Source: Minisyncoccota bacterium
GTDB lineage: Bacteria; Patescibacteriota; Minisyncoccia; UBA6257; JAGOQP01
Assembly: GCA_017991375.1 (NCBI GenBank)
Contig: JAGOQP010000005.1
Span: 8,348 to 72,347, forward strand
DNA: 64,000 bases
Direction of reading: 5' to 3'
Below, one piece after another: positions 18,422 to 29,578 of this stretch; position 1 is the stretch's first letter; each line of letters opens with the position of its first letter. The notes below the pieces were generated by a model that worked only from the letters and a program-made list of their open reading frames with translations, was not told where the DNA came from and did no database searches. The position numbers and the translations under genes are program-made.

Positions 18422-19633
18422 ATGTTAGATATAAAAAATTTACACAAAGCGATCGAGCAATTAGCAAGCGAAAAGGACTTGCCTGCTCGATTGATTTTTG
18501 AAGCGGTCGAAGCGGCGCTTGCTTCTGCGTATAAAAAAGAATACGAAAAGAGAGGTGAAATTATTCGTTGTGTTTTAAATGACAAAGATGGAACCGCGCA
18601 ATTTTATCAGATAAAAACCGTCGTCGATGAATCGACGATTCGTTTTCCTGAGCCAGAGGTTGAGGGCGAGGACGTAGCGCCCACCCCTGTGTCTGTCGAT
18701 GAGTCCGGAGAACCACTACTCCCTCTATACAATGAGGATCGACATATCCTATTGGAGGATGCTCAGCGTATAAAAAAAGACACGTTTGTCGGTGATGAAA
18801 TTCTTTTTGAGTTGGAAGCTCCCTCGAGTGATTTTGGACGTATTGCCGCACAAACCGCGAAGCAGGTGGTGCTTCAAAAATTACGTGAGATAGAAAAAGA
18901 TTCGGTCAAGCACGAATTTGAAGGACGTGTGGGAAATTTGGTGACGGGGTTGGTACAACGTGTTGAGCGAGGCACTGTTTTTGTTGATCTGGGGAAAACA
19001 GCTGGTGTTATGCCATTTTCAGAAAGCATACCAGGAGAGCACTACCGCACAGGAGAACGACTCAAGTTTTATTTGCTTTCGGTACAAGAAGGAGGAAAAT
19101 CTCCCAATCTTGTCCTTTCTCGATCACATCCCCAGTTTGTCGCAAAATTGTTTGAATTGGAGGTGCCCGAAATAAATGATGGCGTTATCGAAATTAAGGG
19201 TATTGTTCGTGAAGCTGGCAGTCGAACTAAAATCGCGGTTACCTCTTTTACAGAAGGAGTTGATCCCGTTGGCGCGTGCGTGGGACAGCGTGGCGCGCGC
19301 GTGATGGCTGTTAATAACGAACTTGGCAATGAACGTATCGATATTATTGAATGGTCAGACGATCCCGAGGCATTTGTCGCGGCGGCGCTTTCTCCCGCGG
19401 AGGTTGCTTCTGTTGAGCTTGTTTCCCAGCGCGAAGCACTCGTGCTCGTTCCCGAGGATCAGCTTAGCTTGGCTATTGGTCGCGGTGGGCAAAATGTGCG
19501 GCTAGCAGCAAAACTTACCGGGTGGAAAATTGATGTGCGTTCTGAATCAAGCCCCGATAAAGTTCAAGAGGGCGGCGTTGGTACCGATGAGATTGTGTCT
19601 GAGGAGCTCTCCAACGAAGAAGAAAAGGAATAG
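18422..19633 (+). CDS. nusA: Transcription termination/antitermination factor NusA
   Basis: N-terminal domain, S1 (GNLVTGLVQRVERGTVFVDLG) and tandem KH (GACVGQRGARVMAV...; LAIGRGGQNVRLAAKLTGWKIDV), followed by an acidic tail. Stop is TAG. Confidence 0.9.
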   Translation: MLDIKNLHKAIEQLASEKDLPARLIFEAVEAALASAYKKEYEKRGEIIRCVLNDKDGTAQFYQIKTVVDESTIRFPEPEVEGEDVAPTPVSVDESGEPLLPLYNEDRHILLEDAQRIKKDTFVGDEILFELEAPSSDFGRIAAQTAKQVVLQKLREIEKDSVKHEFEGRVGNLVTGLVQRVERGTVFVDLGKTAGVMPFSESIPGEHYRTGERLKFYLLSVQEGGKSPNLVLSRSHPQFVAKLFELEVPEINDGVIEIKGIVREAGSRTKIAVTSFTEGVDPVGACVGQRGARVMAVNNELGNERIDIIEWSDDPEAFVAAALSPAEVASVELVSQREALVLVPEDQLSLAIGRGGQNVRLAAKLTGWKIDVRSESSPDKVQEGGVGTDEIVSEELSNEEEKE

Positions 19634-19666
19634 AATTTTTATCAATTAATTTTTTTCATTTATCTT

Positions 19667-21667
19667 ATGAGTACATACGCATTTTATCTTATTTTCGCAC
19701 CTATCGCGGCGGCACTGGTCTATGGAGTGTATTTGGCACTTTGGCTCAAGAGCAAAAAAGTATCAGATGAAAAAATGGTTGCTATTTCTCGCGCGATTGA
19801 GGAGGGATCTATGGCGTACCTTAAGAGACAATACAAGACCGTTGCTATTGTTGCCGCTGTTCTATTTGTTGTTATTGCTGCTCTTCCTGAGCACTATGGT
19901 TTTGGTTTGTGGACCGCAATTGGGTTTTTGGTTGGAGGGGCCGCGTCTGCGCTCACTGGATTTATTGGGATGAAGGTGTCGGTTCGCTCAAATGCAAAGA
20001 CAGCACAAGAGGCTCATCGCGGGTTGGGGAGCGCTCTTTCACTGGCGTTTAAAGCAGGATCGGTTACTGGACTTATGGTATCTGGGCTTGGGTTACTCGT
20101 CGTTGCTGCGTTCTATTTGTTTTCTGGGGGCGATTTTCAAGGTCTTATCGGGCTTTCTTTTGGTGCGAGTTTAATTTCGGTTTTTGCTCGTTTGGGAGGA
20201 GGTATATTTACTAAAGCAGCGGATGTGGGAACTGATTTAGTTGGAAAGGTTGAAGCCGGTATTCCCGAAGATGATCCTCGTAATCCTGGTGTTATCGCCG
20301 ATAATGTCGGTGATAATGTTGGTGATTGCGCGGGTATGGCGGCTGATCTTTTTGAAACATATGCGGTAACACTCACGGCCGCGATTTTGCTTGGTACTAC
20401 TGTCACTCAAACAGCTCCGTCTATTTTATTCCCCTTGGCGCTCAGCGGTGTCTCTATTATTGCCTCTATCTTAGGATCATTTTTTGTGCGACTAGGAAAG
20501 CGCAAAAATATTATGGGCGCTCTCTACAAAGGACTTATCGCGGCGCTTATATTGGCTGCGGTTGGTTTTTATTTTGTATCGCAGGCGTTTTTTGGCGCTG
20601 CGTACCTTCGTGTGTATTTGGCGGCGCTTATCGGGTTGGTGGTTACTGGGCTTATGGTTGTGGTTACCGATTACTATACGGCGAAAAAATATCGACCAGT
20701 TCAATCAATCGCGCGCGCTTCGGCTTCGGGGCATGGAACGAACATTATTATGGGCATGTCTGTTGGATTTGAATCAACCATTGTTCCGATTATTGTTATT
20801 TGTGCGGCTATTGTTGGTAGTTTCGCGGCGGCCGGGCTTTATGGTGTCGCTATCGCGTCTGTCGCGATGCTTTCGGTTGCTGGTATTATTGTGTCCATCG
20901 ATTCGTTTGGGCCAATAACTGATAATGCTGGAGGTATTGCCGAAATGAGCGGACAACCCGAGGACGTGCGAACTGTTACTGATGCATTGGACGCGGTTGG
21001 TAATACTACTAAAGCAGTTACCAAAGGATACGCTATCGCGTCCGCAGGACTCGCGGCCCTTGTTCTCTTTTCTAGTTACGTGAGCGAGATGCGCCAGTCC
21101 GTTTCTACTATTACTTTTGACCTTTCTGATCATTTTGTGCTCATTGGGCTTCTTATCGGGGCTGCTATTCCATACTTCTTTGGCGCGTTGACGCTCAAAT
21201 CAGTTGGACGCGCGGCTGGAGCGATTGTTGAGGAAATCCGCAGACAGTTTCGTGAGATTAAAGGTCTTTTGGAGGGTACTGCCCAACCTGAATATGGAAA
21301 AGCGGTTGATATTGTAACTAAGGCAGCGCTCAAGGAGATGATTATACCAGCCCTCGTGCCTATTGTGGTTGTTCTTGTTGTTGGGTTTGGACTTGGAGCG
21401 AAAGCGCTTGGAGGGCTTTTAATTGGAACGATTGTATCGGGACTTTTTATGGCTCTTTCTATGACTTCGGGTGGTGCCGCATGGGATAATGCGAAGAAAT
21501 ATATCGAGGGAGGAAATTTTGGTGGAAAAGGATCTGATGCTCACAAAGCTGCTGTGACTGGTGATACTGTTGGTGATCCATATAAAGACACAACCGGTCC
21601 TGCTATCAATCCACTTATTAAGGTTATCAACATTGTCGCGTTGCTTATCGTGAAGTTTATTAGGTAG
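19667..21667 (+). CDS. hppA: Membrane-bound H+-translocating pyrophosphatase (V-PPase)
   Basis: 666 aa, polytopic. Diagnostic motifs [25 protein letters not shown] and DNAGGIAEM. Stop is TAG. Confidence 0.9.
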   Translation: MSTYAFYLIFAPIAAALVYGVYLALWLKSKKVSDEKMVAISRAIEEGSMAYLKRQYKTVAIVAAVLFVVIAALPEHYGFGLWTAIGFLVGGAASALTGFIGMKVSVRSNAKTAQEAHRGLGSALSLAFKAGSVTGLMVSGLGLLVVAAFYLFSGGDFQGLIGLSFGASLISVFARLGGGIFTKAADVGTDLVGKVEAGIPEDDPRNPGVIADNVGDNVGDCAGMAADLFETYAVTLTAAILLGTTVTQTAPSILFPLALSGVSIIASILGSFFVRLGKRKNIMGALYKGLIAALILAAVGFYFVSQAFFGAAYLRVYLAALIGLVVTGLMVVVTDYYTAKKYRPVQSIARASASGHGTNIIMGMSVGFESTIVPIIVICAAIVGSFAAAGLYGVAIASVAMLSVAGIIVSIDSFGPITDNAGGIAEMSGQPEDVRTVTDALDAVGNTTKAVTKGYAIASAGLAALVLFSSYVSEMRQSVSTITFDLSDHFVLIGLLIGAAIPYFFGALTLKSVGRAAGAIVEEIRRQFREIKGLLEGTAQPEYGKAVDIVTKAALKEMIIPALVPIVVVLVVGFGLGAKALGGLLIGTIVSGLFMALSMTSGGAAWDNAKKYIEGGNFGGKGSDAHKAAVTGDTVGDPYKDTTGPAINPLIKVINIVALLIVKFIR

Positions 21668-21871
21668 TGGGTAGTGGTAAGTGACCTTCTTCAGAGGCGG
21701 GCCAACTCATAGCTGGAGTGAATAGTGATTAGTGGAAAACGTGGGGCGCACATCGTATGTGGTGTCGCGTCACGCTCGTTCGAAGTTTGTAGAGCAAAAA
21801 AATTTATTCGTCGGGGCGAATCAATTGAGGAGGGGATATACAACATATAAAAAACAGATATACTTATTATT

Positions 21872-22459
21872 ATGAATCTTGTACCAACAGTTATAGAAAA
21901 ATCTCAATATGGGGAGCGCGCGTACGATATTTACTCGCGTCTACTCAAAGAGCGCATTATCTTTTTAGGTGGACCGGTTACCGACGATGTTGCCAACGCG
22001 GTCATCGCGCAACTGCTCCTTTTGGATCATGAAGATCCCAAAAAAGATATTATTATGTACATCAACAGTCCGGGCGGTTCGGTAACGGCGGGACTCGCGA
22101 TTTACGACACTATGCAACACGTCAAGCCGGATGTTTCTACTATGTGCGTGGGCATGGCGGCGTCTATGGCGGCGGTTCTTTTAGGAGCGGGAGCAAAAGG
22201 AAAGCGATTTGCTCTTCCGAATGCTGAGATTCTACTTCACCAAGTTATGGGTGGAGCCGAAGGACAAGCGACCGAAATTGAAATCACCGCGCGGCAGATT
22301 CTTAAGATTAAAGCGAAGCTTAACGAGATCCTTTCAAAACATACTGGGCAGACACTCTCAAAAATAGAAAAAGATACCGATCGGGACTATTATCTTAGCG
22401 CGTCGGAAGCAAAGGAGTATGGACTTATAGACACGATTATCAAGCAGAAGGGCAAATAA
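21872..22459 (+). CDS. clpP: ATP-dependent Clp protease proteolytic subunit
   Basis: [34 protein letters not shown]...GGSVTAG...[11 protein letters not shown]...LLHQ: Ser-His-Asp triad context. Confidence 0.9.
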   Translation: MNLVPTVIEKSQYGERAYDIYSRLLKERIIFLGGPVTDDVANAVIAQLLLLDHEDPKKDIIMYINSPGGSVTAGLAIYDTMQHVKPDVSTMCVGMAASMAAVLLGAGAKGKRFALPNAEILLHQVMGGAEGQATEIEITARQILKIKAKLNEILSKHTGQTLSKIEKDTDRDYYLSASEAKEYGLIDTIIKQKGK

Positions 22460-22728
22460 ACAGATAATCATTAACCATTAATCTTTAATCCTTGACCGAG
22501 GAATGTATGGCGGGATATGAAGAAAGTGGGATGTCACAAGTTAAACGTTCTTCGATTCCGGTCTCATTCGAGTCTGAGGGCCTATCCCTCAGAGTCGAAG
22601 ACAGGATAAATGGAAAAGAGGAAAGGGGTGGCTGTTTATTGTTAATCGCATAATGTTAGTTGCTAATTGAAAAGTGTTCCTTAAGTGGGGCGCTTTTTGG
22701 TTGGGTATTGTTTTGCTATACTCTGTGT

Positions 22729-23748
22729 ATGACTATTGCTTTATTTCAAGCGCAGGGGTGGGAGCGGGAATACATACAAAAAAAATTACATGAAGCTGGC
22801 ATTGCATGTGATTTTTATGATGAACCGCTTTCTTTTGAAACGCTCCCTGAAAAACGTGATTATGACGCGCTTTCGGTGTTTGTTGGGTCATCTGTTACCA
22901 AAGAGGTTATCGACGCGTTTCCTCACTTGAAACTTATTACCACCCGGTCAACCGGATTTGATCATATTGATTGTTCCTACGCGCGATCAAAAAATATCGC
23001 GCTTGGATATGTTCCTTTTTATGGCGAGCATACTGTTGCCGAATTCACGATGGGACTCATTCTAACACTATCTCGGAAATTGTATTGGGGTATTGATCGG
23101 ATTAAGCGAGATAACTCATTTTCATATGATGGGCTTACCGGGTTTGATTTGAAGGGTAAGACGCTTGGTGTTATTGGGGCTGGGCGTATTGGGAGACGTG
23201 TGATTCGTATGGCGCGCGGCTTTGATATGAATGTTATTGCATACGATCGTTCGCCACAACCCTCTTTTGAAAAAGAGCTTGAGTTTTCGTACGCGAGTAT
23301 TGACGATGTGCTCACGCAGGCGGACATTATTACTTTGCATGTGTTTTATTCTCCCGAAACGCATCATCTTATTAATATGGAGAACATACACAAGATTAAA
23401 CGGGGCGCGTATTTAATAAATACCGCTCGCGGTCCTGTGGTTGACACCAAAGCGCTCGTGCTCGCGTTGGAGAAGGGTATTTTGGCGGGAGTGGGGCTCG
23501 ACGTGCTCGAAGAGGAAGGGATTATGAAAGATGAAATGGGGTATTGGTGGAAAGAATCGCCGGGGAATGAATATGGAGCCTTAGAAACCATACTACTTAA
23601 CTCTGTGCTGGCGAATATGCCGAATGTGGTGATTACTCCCCATAACGCGTTTAACACGCACGAAGCGATTGGGCGTATCTTAGATGCTGATGTGGAAAAT
23701 ATTAAAGCGTTTTTGGAAAAGAGCGCGGTTGCTTACCCTATTTTGTAG
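22729..23748 (+). CDS. D-isomer-specific 2-hydroxyacid dehydrogenase (D-lactate dehydrogenase-like)
   Basis: NAD-binding GVIGAGRIGRRV, catalytic-region motifs NTARGPVVD and ITPHNAFNT. ATG at 22729 within the longer ORF. Confidence 0.75.
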   Translation: MTIALFQAQGWEREYIQKKLHEAGIACDFYDEPLSFETLPEKRDYDALSVFVGSSVTKEVIDAFPHLKLITTRSTGFDHIDCSYARSKNIALGYVPFYGEHTVAEFTMGLILTLSRKLYWGIDRIKRDNSFSYDGLTGFDLKGKTLGVIGAGRIGRRVIRMARGFDMNVIAYDRSPQPSFEKELEFSYASIDDVLTQADIITLHVFYSPETHHLINMENIHKIKRGAYLINTARGPVVDTKALVLALEKGILAGVGLDVLEEEGIMKDEMGYWWKESPGNEYGALETILLNSVLANMPNVVITPHNAFNTHEAIGRILDADVENIKAFLEKSAVAYPIL

Positions 23749-23759
23749 TGTATATAAAA

Positions 23760-23798
23760 CCCCGCTTTGAGGCGCTTTGCCTGGAGAGCGGGGTTTTT
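23760..23798. terminator. Bidirectional terminator between convergent genes
   Basis: aaaaccccgctttgagg...ctggagagcggggttttt. Confidence 0.6.
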
Positions 23799-24216
23799 AT
23801 GCGCGGGTGATTTTCGAAAAAAGGGTTAGGATTATTGAGAGCGCTTGTTTTTTGAGCTGTTGTACTTTCGGGTGGTTGGATATTCGTTCAAGATGTTTGT
23901 GAAAAAGCGTCGTCAATATTGTGTAGGCAATGAGCGCTTGGAACCCTCTTGATTTAAGTAGTGGATACAATTTTGCTGGATATTCAACCGTATCTTTTAT
24001 AGTTGACACCACTGGCAAGCAACAGAGCACTGATATTACATAGAACGATGCTACTCGTGCCCAAAATGGCCAGTGAATCTTTGTCGCGTGATTGAGGCGG
24101 TACGCGTAGAATGGATACATCACAAAAATCCAAATCGTTGGGATAACTGGCAATACAATAAGCAAGACAATTGGGCCAGCTACTATTTCAAGTAGCGTTA
24201 TGATTGCTTCTCTCAT
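23797..24216 (-). CDS. Hypothetical integral membrane protein
   Basis: 139 aa with 3-4 hydrophobic helices. Confidence 0.3.
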   Translation of the reverse strand: MREAIITLLEIVAGPIVLLIVLPVIPTIWIFVMYPFYAYRLNHATKIHWPFWARVASFYVISVLCCLPVVSTIKDTVEYPAKLYPLLKSRGFQALIAYTILTTLFHKHLERISNHPKVQQLKKQALSIILTLFSKITRA

Positions 24217-24280
24217 CCCTCCTCCTTCTTTTGTAGAGTGCTGTTTTTGGACAGTACCAGATGTGTTATGCGTTGTAAAG

Positions 24281-24781
24281 TTATTTTGTTATCGAAAAAG
24301 CGGCAATACCAAACGCAACCGCAACATTCAAAGATTCTTTTTTACCGCGCATTGGAATCTCTATAATACAGTCCGCTTTTTTTAGAATGGTTTTTGGAAG
24401 ACCTGTTGTTTCTGTTCCTAGTATAAGAGCTACTTTCTTGTTTTTTGTTTCTTTTATTTTTGTGTATTTAATGGAGTGGGGTGATTGTTCAAGGGCGACC
24501 ATACTATATCCTTCTTTCTTTGCCTTCGCGATGACACGCGTCACTGACTTTTTGTATTCCCAGGGTACAAAAAATTCAGCGCCGAGCGCTGCTTTGTGTA
24601 TATCTGGTCTCGCGCGTCCAAATTTGTCGTGCGGTGTTGGCGTGATACCGCACAGGTATATTTTTTCAACTCCTACCGCGTCCGCTGTTCTTAAGATAGA
24701 GCCGACATTGTGCGCGCTTCGTATATTGTGCGCAATTACTACCATGTGTGGCACTATACCTTTTTGGGGCATCGCGCGCAA
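24281..24781 (-). CDS. SpoU/TrmH-family RNA 2'-O-methyltransferase
   Basis: HNIRSAHNVGSILRTADAVGVEKIYL ... LILGTETTGLP ... IPMRGKKESLNVAVAFGIAAF: SPOUT-knot motifs. Alternative start at Met-13 (24745). Confidence 0.7.
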   Translation of the reverse strand: MRAMPQKGIVPHMVVIAHNIRSAHNVGSILRTADAVGVEKIYLCGITPTPHDKFGRARPDIHKAALGAEFFVPWEYKKSVTRVIAKAKKEGYSMVALEQSPHSIKYTKIKETKNKKVALILGTETTGLPKTILKKADCIIEIPMRGKKESLNVAVAFGIAAFSITK

Positions 24782-24824
24782 CAGTATTTGTTTTCCTACT
24801 CTTTTTTGGTGTACACTAGCTTAT

Positions 24825-26075
24825 ATGTTTTCCTATCTCAAAAAAACCGATTCTGCGTTGTGGCACCTGGTGCATCGAGAGGCGCGGCGGCAAAAGGATT
24901 CTATCGATCTCATTGCCTCTGAGAATGAAGCTCCCGAAGGGGTTCTTGAATTACTCGGGAGTGTGTTGACTAATAAGTATTCCGAAGGGTATCCAGCCAA
25001 ACGTTATTATCCCGGGAACGAGATAATAGATTCCATTGAATTACTGGCGCATAAACGCGCACGGGCTCTTTTTGGTCTTTCTGAGCGATGGCACGTGAAT
25101 GCGCAGGCGTACTCTGGTGCTATTGCAAACTTGGCGGTATATCTTGGGCTTCTTGAGAAAGGGGATACTATCTTAAGTTTATCTCTTGATGCTGGAGGGC
25201 ATCTTTCGCATGGCGCAAAGGCTAGTTTTGTAAGTACATTTTTTACTATCGTTCACTACGGCGTTGACGCGCGTTATGTTATTGATTACGGCGGCCTTGA
25301 GCGCGCTATACAGAAACACAAACCAAAACTTGTTATCGCGGGGGCTTCCGCGTATCCGCGTGCTATAGATTTTGCTCGTATCGCTCGTTACGCACACGCG
25401 CGCGGAGCTTTTGTGCTTGCTGACATCTCTCACTACGCGGGACTTATAAGTGCTGGTGTGTATCCATCTCCATTTGATCATTCCGATGTGGTGATGACCA
25501 CTACACATAAATCTCTTTTTGGTCCACGCGCTGCTCTCATTTTTTGTGATACGCAGTCCGCGCTTGCGCGCAGGAAAAAAATTTCCATTGGCCACGCGAT
25601 AGATAAAGCAATTTTCCCCGGGCTTCAGGGGGGACCTCATAACAATACTATTGCGGCGATTGCTCATGGGTTGTTACTTTCGAAAAAATCAAAGGGGTAT
25701 TTTAAACGAGTACTTGCTAATGCTCTTTCTCTATGTGCCGCTTGTACACGCGAGGGGTTTACCGTTGTTGGCCGCACGACCGATTCACATCTTATGCTTT
25801 TGGATATGCGGCCGCTTGGTATAGATGGCGCCGCGGCCGAAAAACTTTTGGAGCGAGCGGGAATCTTAGCTAATCGTAATACTATTGCTGGTGATCTGAG
25901 GGCTCTTTTTCCTTCCGCTATACGCGTGGGAACGTACGCGGTTACCGCGCGCGGCATGCGAGAGCGTGATATGAATATAGTTGCACGATTTTTGGGAGAC
26001 ATACTTATCAAACGCTTATCTCCCGAGCGCGTGAGAAAGAACGTTTTGCGCTTCTTGAGTCGGTTTTCTGTCTAG
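24825..26075 (+). CDS. glyA: Serine hydroxymethyltransferase
   Basis: LIASENEAPEGVLELLGSVLTNKYSEGYPAKRYYPGNE ... GGHLSHG ... TTTHKSLFGPR (PLP-Lys). ATG at 24825. The longer ORF from 24387 overlaps the spoU-like gene on the other strand. Confidence 0.9.
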   Translation: MFSYLKKTDSALWHLVHREARRQKDSIDLIASENEAPEGVLELLGSVLTNKYSEGYPAKRYYPGNEIIDSIELLAHKRARALFGLSERWHVNAQAYSGAIANLAVYLGLLEKGDTILSLSLDAGGHLSHGAKASFVSTFFTIVHYGVDARYVIDYGGLERAIQKHKPKLVIAGASAYPRAIDFARIARYAHARGAFVLADISHYAGLISAGVYPSPFDHSDVVMTTTHKSLFGPRAALIFCDTQSALARRKKISIGHAIDKAIFPGLQGGPHNNTIAAIAHGLLLSKKSKGYFKRVLANALSLCAACTREGFTVVGRTTDSHLMLLDMRPLGIDGAAAEKLLERAGILANRNTIAGDLRALFPSAIRVGTYAVTARGMRERDMNIVARFLGDILIKRLSPERVRKNVLRFLSRFSV

Positions 26076-26117
26076 TTGAAACGCCATCCTTTTTATCTTA
26101 CTATAGACATACTTTCT

Positions 26118-26933
26118 ATGATCATCGTTGATGGAAAAGCTATTGCTCGCTCACTTATTGACGAGCTTAAAAAGAAGCCGACTCCCAATCGTTTTTTGGC
26201 CGTTTTTGTAGTGGGTGATCATATCGCGTCGCATACATTTATTTCTCGAAAAGAAAAAATTGCTCAAGAGCTTGGCGTTGATTTTAGAATTACTCATCTT
26301 GCTCAAGAAAGTTTAACGAGTCAGGTGTGTGATGCCGTATCTCGCGTCGCGAGTGACGATTTGTGTGGGGGTATTGTTGTTCAACTTCCGCTTCCCGCGC
26401 ACATTGACGCGCACGCGGTGCTCAATACCATTCCACCAGAGAAAGATATAGAGGTTCTTTCGGAAAAATCGCTTGGTGCTTTTTATACGCGTCGTTCTTT
26501 AGTGCTTCCTCCTGCTGTTTCTGTTGTTGATATTGTGTTAAATCGTGTCGGTATTCCGCGCGAAAATCTTTTTTCAGTTGCGGTGGTTGGGCAGGGCTTA
26601 CTGGTGGGGCGGCCGGTTACCGCGTGGTTTGCGGGGGCTGTTCCAGTGGTGTACGCTCTTAACAAAGGAAGTGATCTTGGGCTTTTGTCTCATGCTGATA
26701 TTGTTATCTGTGGCGCTGGGCACTCTCATCTTATTAAATCATCCATGCTCAAAACTGGGGCGGGGGTTATCGATTTTGGATGTGATTTTGATGAACAAAC
26801 GCGTATGGTGTGCGGAGATTTTGACGCGTCATCGGTTGAGGGACTTTCTTTTTATACCCCCACTCCGGGAGGCACCGGACCAATCTTGATCGCGTGTCTT
26901 TTTTCTAATTTTTTCATGTGCGCGCACGCGTAA
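26118..26933 (+). CDS. folD: Bifunctional methylene-THF dehydrogenase / methenyl-THF cyclohydrolase
   Basis: MIIVDGKAIARSLIDELKK... and downstream NAD(P)-binding VAVVGQGLLVGRPV, both FolD-like. Directly follows glyA, giving a one-carbon metabolism pair. Confidence 0.8.
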   Translation: MIIVDGKAIARSLIDELKKKPTPNRFLAVFVVGDHIASHTFISRKEKIAQELGVDFRITHLAQESLTSQVCDAVSRVASDDLCGGIVVQLPLPAHIDAHAVLNTIPPEKDIEVLSEKSLGAFYTRRSLVLPPAVSVVDIVLNRVGIPRENLFSVAVVGQGLLVGRPVTAWFAGAVPVVYALNKGSDLGLLSHADIVICGAGHSHLIKSSMLKTGAGVIDFGCDFDEQTRMVCGDFDASSVEGLSFYTPTPGGTGPILIACLFSNFFMCAHA

Positions 26934-26964
26934 TGTAGCTTTATCCCATTCGTTTTATTTTAGT

Positions 26965-27915
26965 ATGCGCCCTCTTTTTCGGTATGGTCTTGTGGTTGCC
27001 GCCTGTGTTATCGTTGGCGTTTTTTTATACGCGCTCATTATGTATCTTCCTGGTCGAAGCGTCGAGCTTGCAACATCGGTTGTTGCCGATGGAGCGGGGA
27101 CATTTACTACCTTGCTCAAAAACATATTTGCTCCACGTGACGTCTCTCTGGTTGTATTTGGAAAGCCCGGAGGATCACATCAGGGCGCCGATCTTGCTGA
27201 TGCGATTATTGTTGTTCACTACTCCCCAGATCGTAACGCGCTCACGCTCATTTCTATTCCACGAGATTTGTGGATCGCAGACGACCGTCGTCAATTTAAA
27301 ATTAACGAAGTGTTTCGTTTGAGCACTCCATCGGCGGTTATTAATACTATTGAACAAATCACTGGATTGAGTATTCGGGGGTATGTGACCGTTGACTTGT
27401 CTGTGGTTGAGCGTTTTATTGATGATCTTGGCGGTGTTGATGTTACTTTGCGTGCTCCCGCCGTCGATTGGGTGAGTGGATATACTATGCTTCCTGGTTT
27501 ACACCATCTTTCTGGGGAAGATGCCGTGTGGTTGATGCGTAATAGATTTAGTTCCGAGGGTGATTTTTTTCGTGAAAAAAACCAACACGCCATCGCGCGC
27601 GATGTCCTTTTGAAATTCAGAGCACTTGATCGAGACGCGCAACTCGCGCTTATGAATGCCTATATCTTTGACACATCGCTTCTTTCGGACGCGCACATTG
27701 ATGCTGATACCATTTTCTCTTATCTTCTTAACGCGCATCTTGAAACGCTTTCTGTGCGTAGTGTTGTGTTGGATTTTTCTACCAAACTACTAGTCAATTC
27801 TTCGGTGCTACTTCCTGGTGTGGGGACTACTACTCGCGTTTCGGTTCTTTTACCTACGCAGGGATTTGAGCGTTACGATGCCATGCGAGCATATATTCAA
27901 CAGATGCTCAAATAG
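26965..27915 (+). CDS. LytR-CpsA-Psr (LCP) family cell-envelope phosphotransferase
   Basis: N-terminal TM, then ADAIIVVHYSPDRNALTLISIPRDLWI...GYVTVDL, the LCP core. Confidence 0.65.
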   Translation: MRPLFRYGLVVAACVIVGVFLYALIMYLPGRSVELATSVVADGAGTFTTLLKNIFAPRDVSLVVFGKPGGSHQGADLADAIIVVHYSPDRNALTLISIPRDLWIADDRRQFKINEVFRLSTPSAVINTIEQITGLSIRGYVTVDLSVVERFIDDLGGVDVTLRAPAVDWVSGYTMLPGLHHLSGEDAVWLMRNRFSSEGDFFREKNQHAIARDVLLKFRALDRDAQLALMNAYIFDTSLLSDAHIDADTIFSYLLNAHLETLSVRSVVLDFSTKLLVNSSVLLPGVGTTTRVSVLLPTQGFERYDAMRAYIQQMLK

Positions 27916-27968
27916 CCACTCTTTTGAAGGTAAGAGGGTTTATAGAGCGGCATTGGTGGCGTTACTTT

Positions 27969-29033
27969 TTACTCAGATTCTGTTTCTGACGCCGTGCCAC
28001 TATCTGGTTTTTCTTTAAGGACTTCGCGAATGCGATGTTCTATGTCTTTGAGGAGTTTTTTATCCTCTTCTAATCTCTGTCTGGCGGCGTCTTGGCCAAC
28101 TCCTAACTTTTCTCCGCTGAACGACAATGTGTTTCCTGATTTCGTTACCACGCCCACTTTGAGACCACTATTTATGATGTCATTTTCGTACGAGATTCCC
28201 TTGCCGTAGAGAATATCAAATTCCGCGATTTTAAACGGCGCGGCTACTTTGTTTTTTACTACCTTTACTTTAACGCGGTTTCCAACAACTTCTTCTCCTT
28301 TTTTGATTTGGGCAATACGGCGAATATCCAAACGAACCGACGCGTAAAACTTAAGTGCTCGCCCGCCGGGGGTTGTTTCCGGGTTTCCCCACATAACTGT
28401 TCCGATTTGAGATCTAATTTGGTTGATGAAAATGATAATCGTGTCTGATTTTGACGCGATTGAGGTTATTTTTCGCAATGCTTGCGACATGAGGCGCGCT
28501 TGCAATCCAATCTGTTGATCTCCGATCTCTCCTTCTATTTCCGCACGGGGCGTTAGCGCCGCAACGGAGTCAACAACAACCATACTAATAATTCCCGATC
28601 GTGTTAGATTTTCTAAAATTTGAAGCGCTTCTTCTCCACTGTCTGGCTGAGATATTAGGAGCTCTGATGTTTTTACACCAATTCGCTTTGCGTAATCGGG
28701 GTCAAGCGCGTGTTCGGCATCTATGAACGCGCATTTTCCACCTTTTTTCTGTGCTTGCGCAATGACCGAAAGCGCGAGTGTTGTTTTCCCCGACATTTCT
28801 GGTCCAAATATTTCTATAATTCTTCCTTTAGGGAGCCCTTGTACACCAAGCGCGGCATCTAACGAAAATGATCCAGTGGGGATTGTTTCCACCTTCATCG
28901 TTGCTCGGTGGTCATCTAGCTTCATAATAGACCCTTCTCCGAACTTGCTCTGGAGGGATTCTATGAGGTCCTGGAGATCTTTTTGGTCTTCTGTTTGTTT
29001 CTGTGCTGGTTTTTTATCTTCTTTTTTTGGCAT
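27969..29033 (-). CDS. recA: Recombinase A
   Basis: [19 protein letters not shown] (Walker A), ...[11 protein letters not shown]..., L1/L2 loops, and an acidic C-terminus. Confidence 0.95.
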   Translation of the reverse strand: MPKKEDKKPAQKQTEDQKDLQDLIESLQSKFGEGSIMKLDDHRATMKVETIPTGSFSLDAALGVQGLPKGRIIEIFGPEMSGKTTLALSVIAQAQKKGGKCAFIDAEHALDPDYAKRIGVKTSELLISQPDSGEEALQILENLTRSGIISMVVVDSVAALTPRAEIEGEIGDQQIGLQARLMSQALRKITSIASKSDTIIIFINQIRSQIGTVMWGNPETTPGGRALKFYASVRLDIRRIAQIKKGEEVVGNRVKVKVVKNKVAAPFKIAEFDILYGKGISYENDIINSGLKVGVVTKSGNTLSFSGEKLGVGQDAARQRLEEDKKLLKDIEHRIREVLKEKPDSGTASETESE

Positions 29034-29246
29034 ACGATTGTTGTTAATGAGGGAAGTATATCAAAAAAACGAATCACTCACAAATTATCTTTTTGCGTAT
29101 GTTTTGACGCTTGCTGTTGAGGCGATAACCAATATACGCAGGTCCCCCGACCCCTTTTTTCACGATCGTGAAAAAAGGGGGTTGGGGAGGACAAGGGGCG
29201 AGCCAGAGTGCTTGTTGGATTGATTGGTGACTTATTATAAACGTAA

Positions 29247-29278
29247 AAAACACCGCGAGGGCGGTGTTTTGCATATTG
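29247..29278 (-). terminator. Terminator downstream of the small membrane-protein gene (also faces recA upstream region)
   Basis: aaaaacaccgcgagggcggtgttttgc hairpin. Confidence 0.55.
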
Positions 29279-29291
29279 GATGAATGTACTG

Positions 29292-29495
29292 TTATTTCTG
29301 ATCTGTACCCTGCGTGTTAGAAGATGGTTTCACAAACAAACTTATTATCGAGAAGACAATGAAAATTACTCCAACAATGACTAGCAATGCTACCCTATTT
29401 TTTTCTGAGCCAAGAAACGCAGTCCAGAAAAACAAAACTGCAAAAACAAAAAACATAATCGTTATCCCGAGATTATCCACCACATTCTTGGTCAT
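29292..29495 (-). CDS. Small 2-TM membrane protein, hypothetical
   Basis: 67 aa with two hydrophobic helices. Confidence 0.3.
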   Translation of the reverse strand: MTKNVVDNLGITIMFFVFAVLFFWTAFLGSEKNRVALLVIVGVIFIVFSIISLFVKPSSNTQGTDQK

Positions 29496-29578
29496 TTCCG
29501 GTCTCCTTTCGCGTACTTCGGATGCTAATTGTATGATATATTAGAAATACAATTCTGTCAAGATAAGTATACAACTAT

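Noticed and set aside
22573-22603. Strong hairpin cgagtctgaggg-cctat-ccctcagagtcg about 110 nt downstream of clpP, as a terminator
   Set aside because: No T-run follows it, and it sits inside the repeat-module-rich spacer. It may be part of the interspersed element rather than an intrinsic terminator.
24387-24824. A 146-aa N-terminal extension of the glyA ORF in the track
   Set aside because: It overlaps the convergent SpoU-family gene on the other strand and is not homologous to SHMT. SHMT homology begins at the ATG at 24825.
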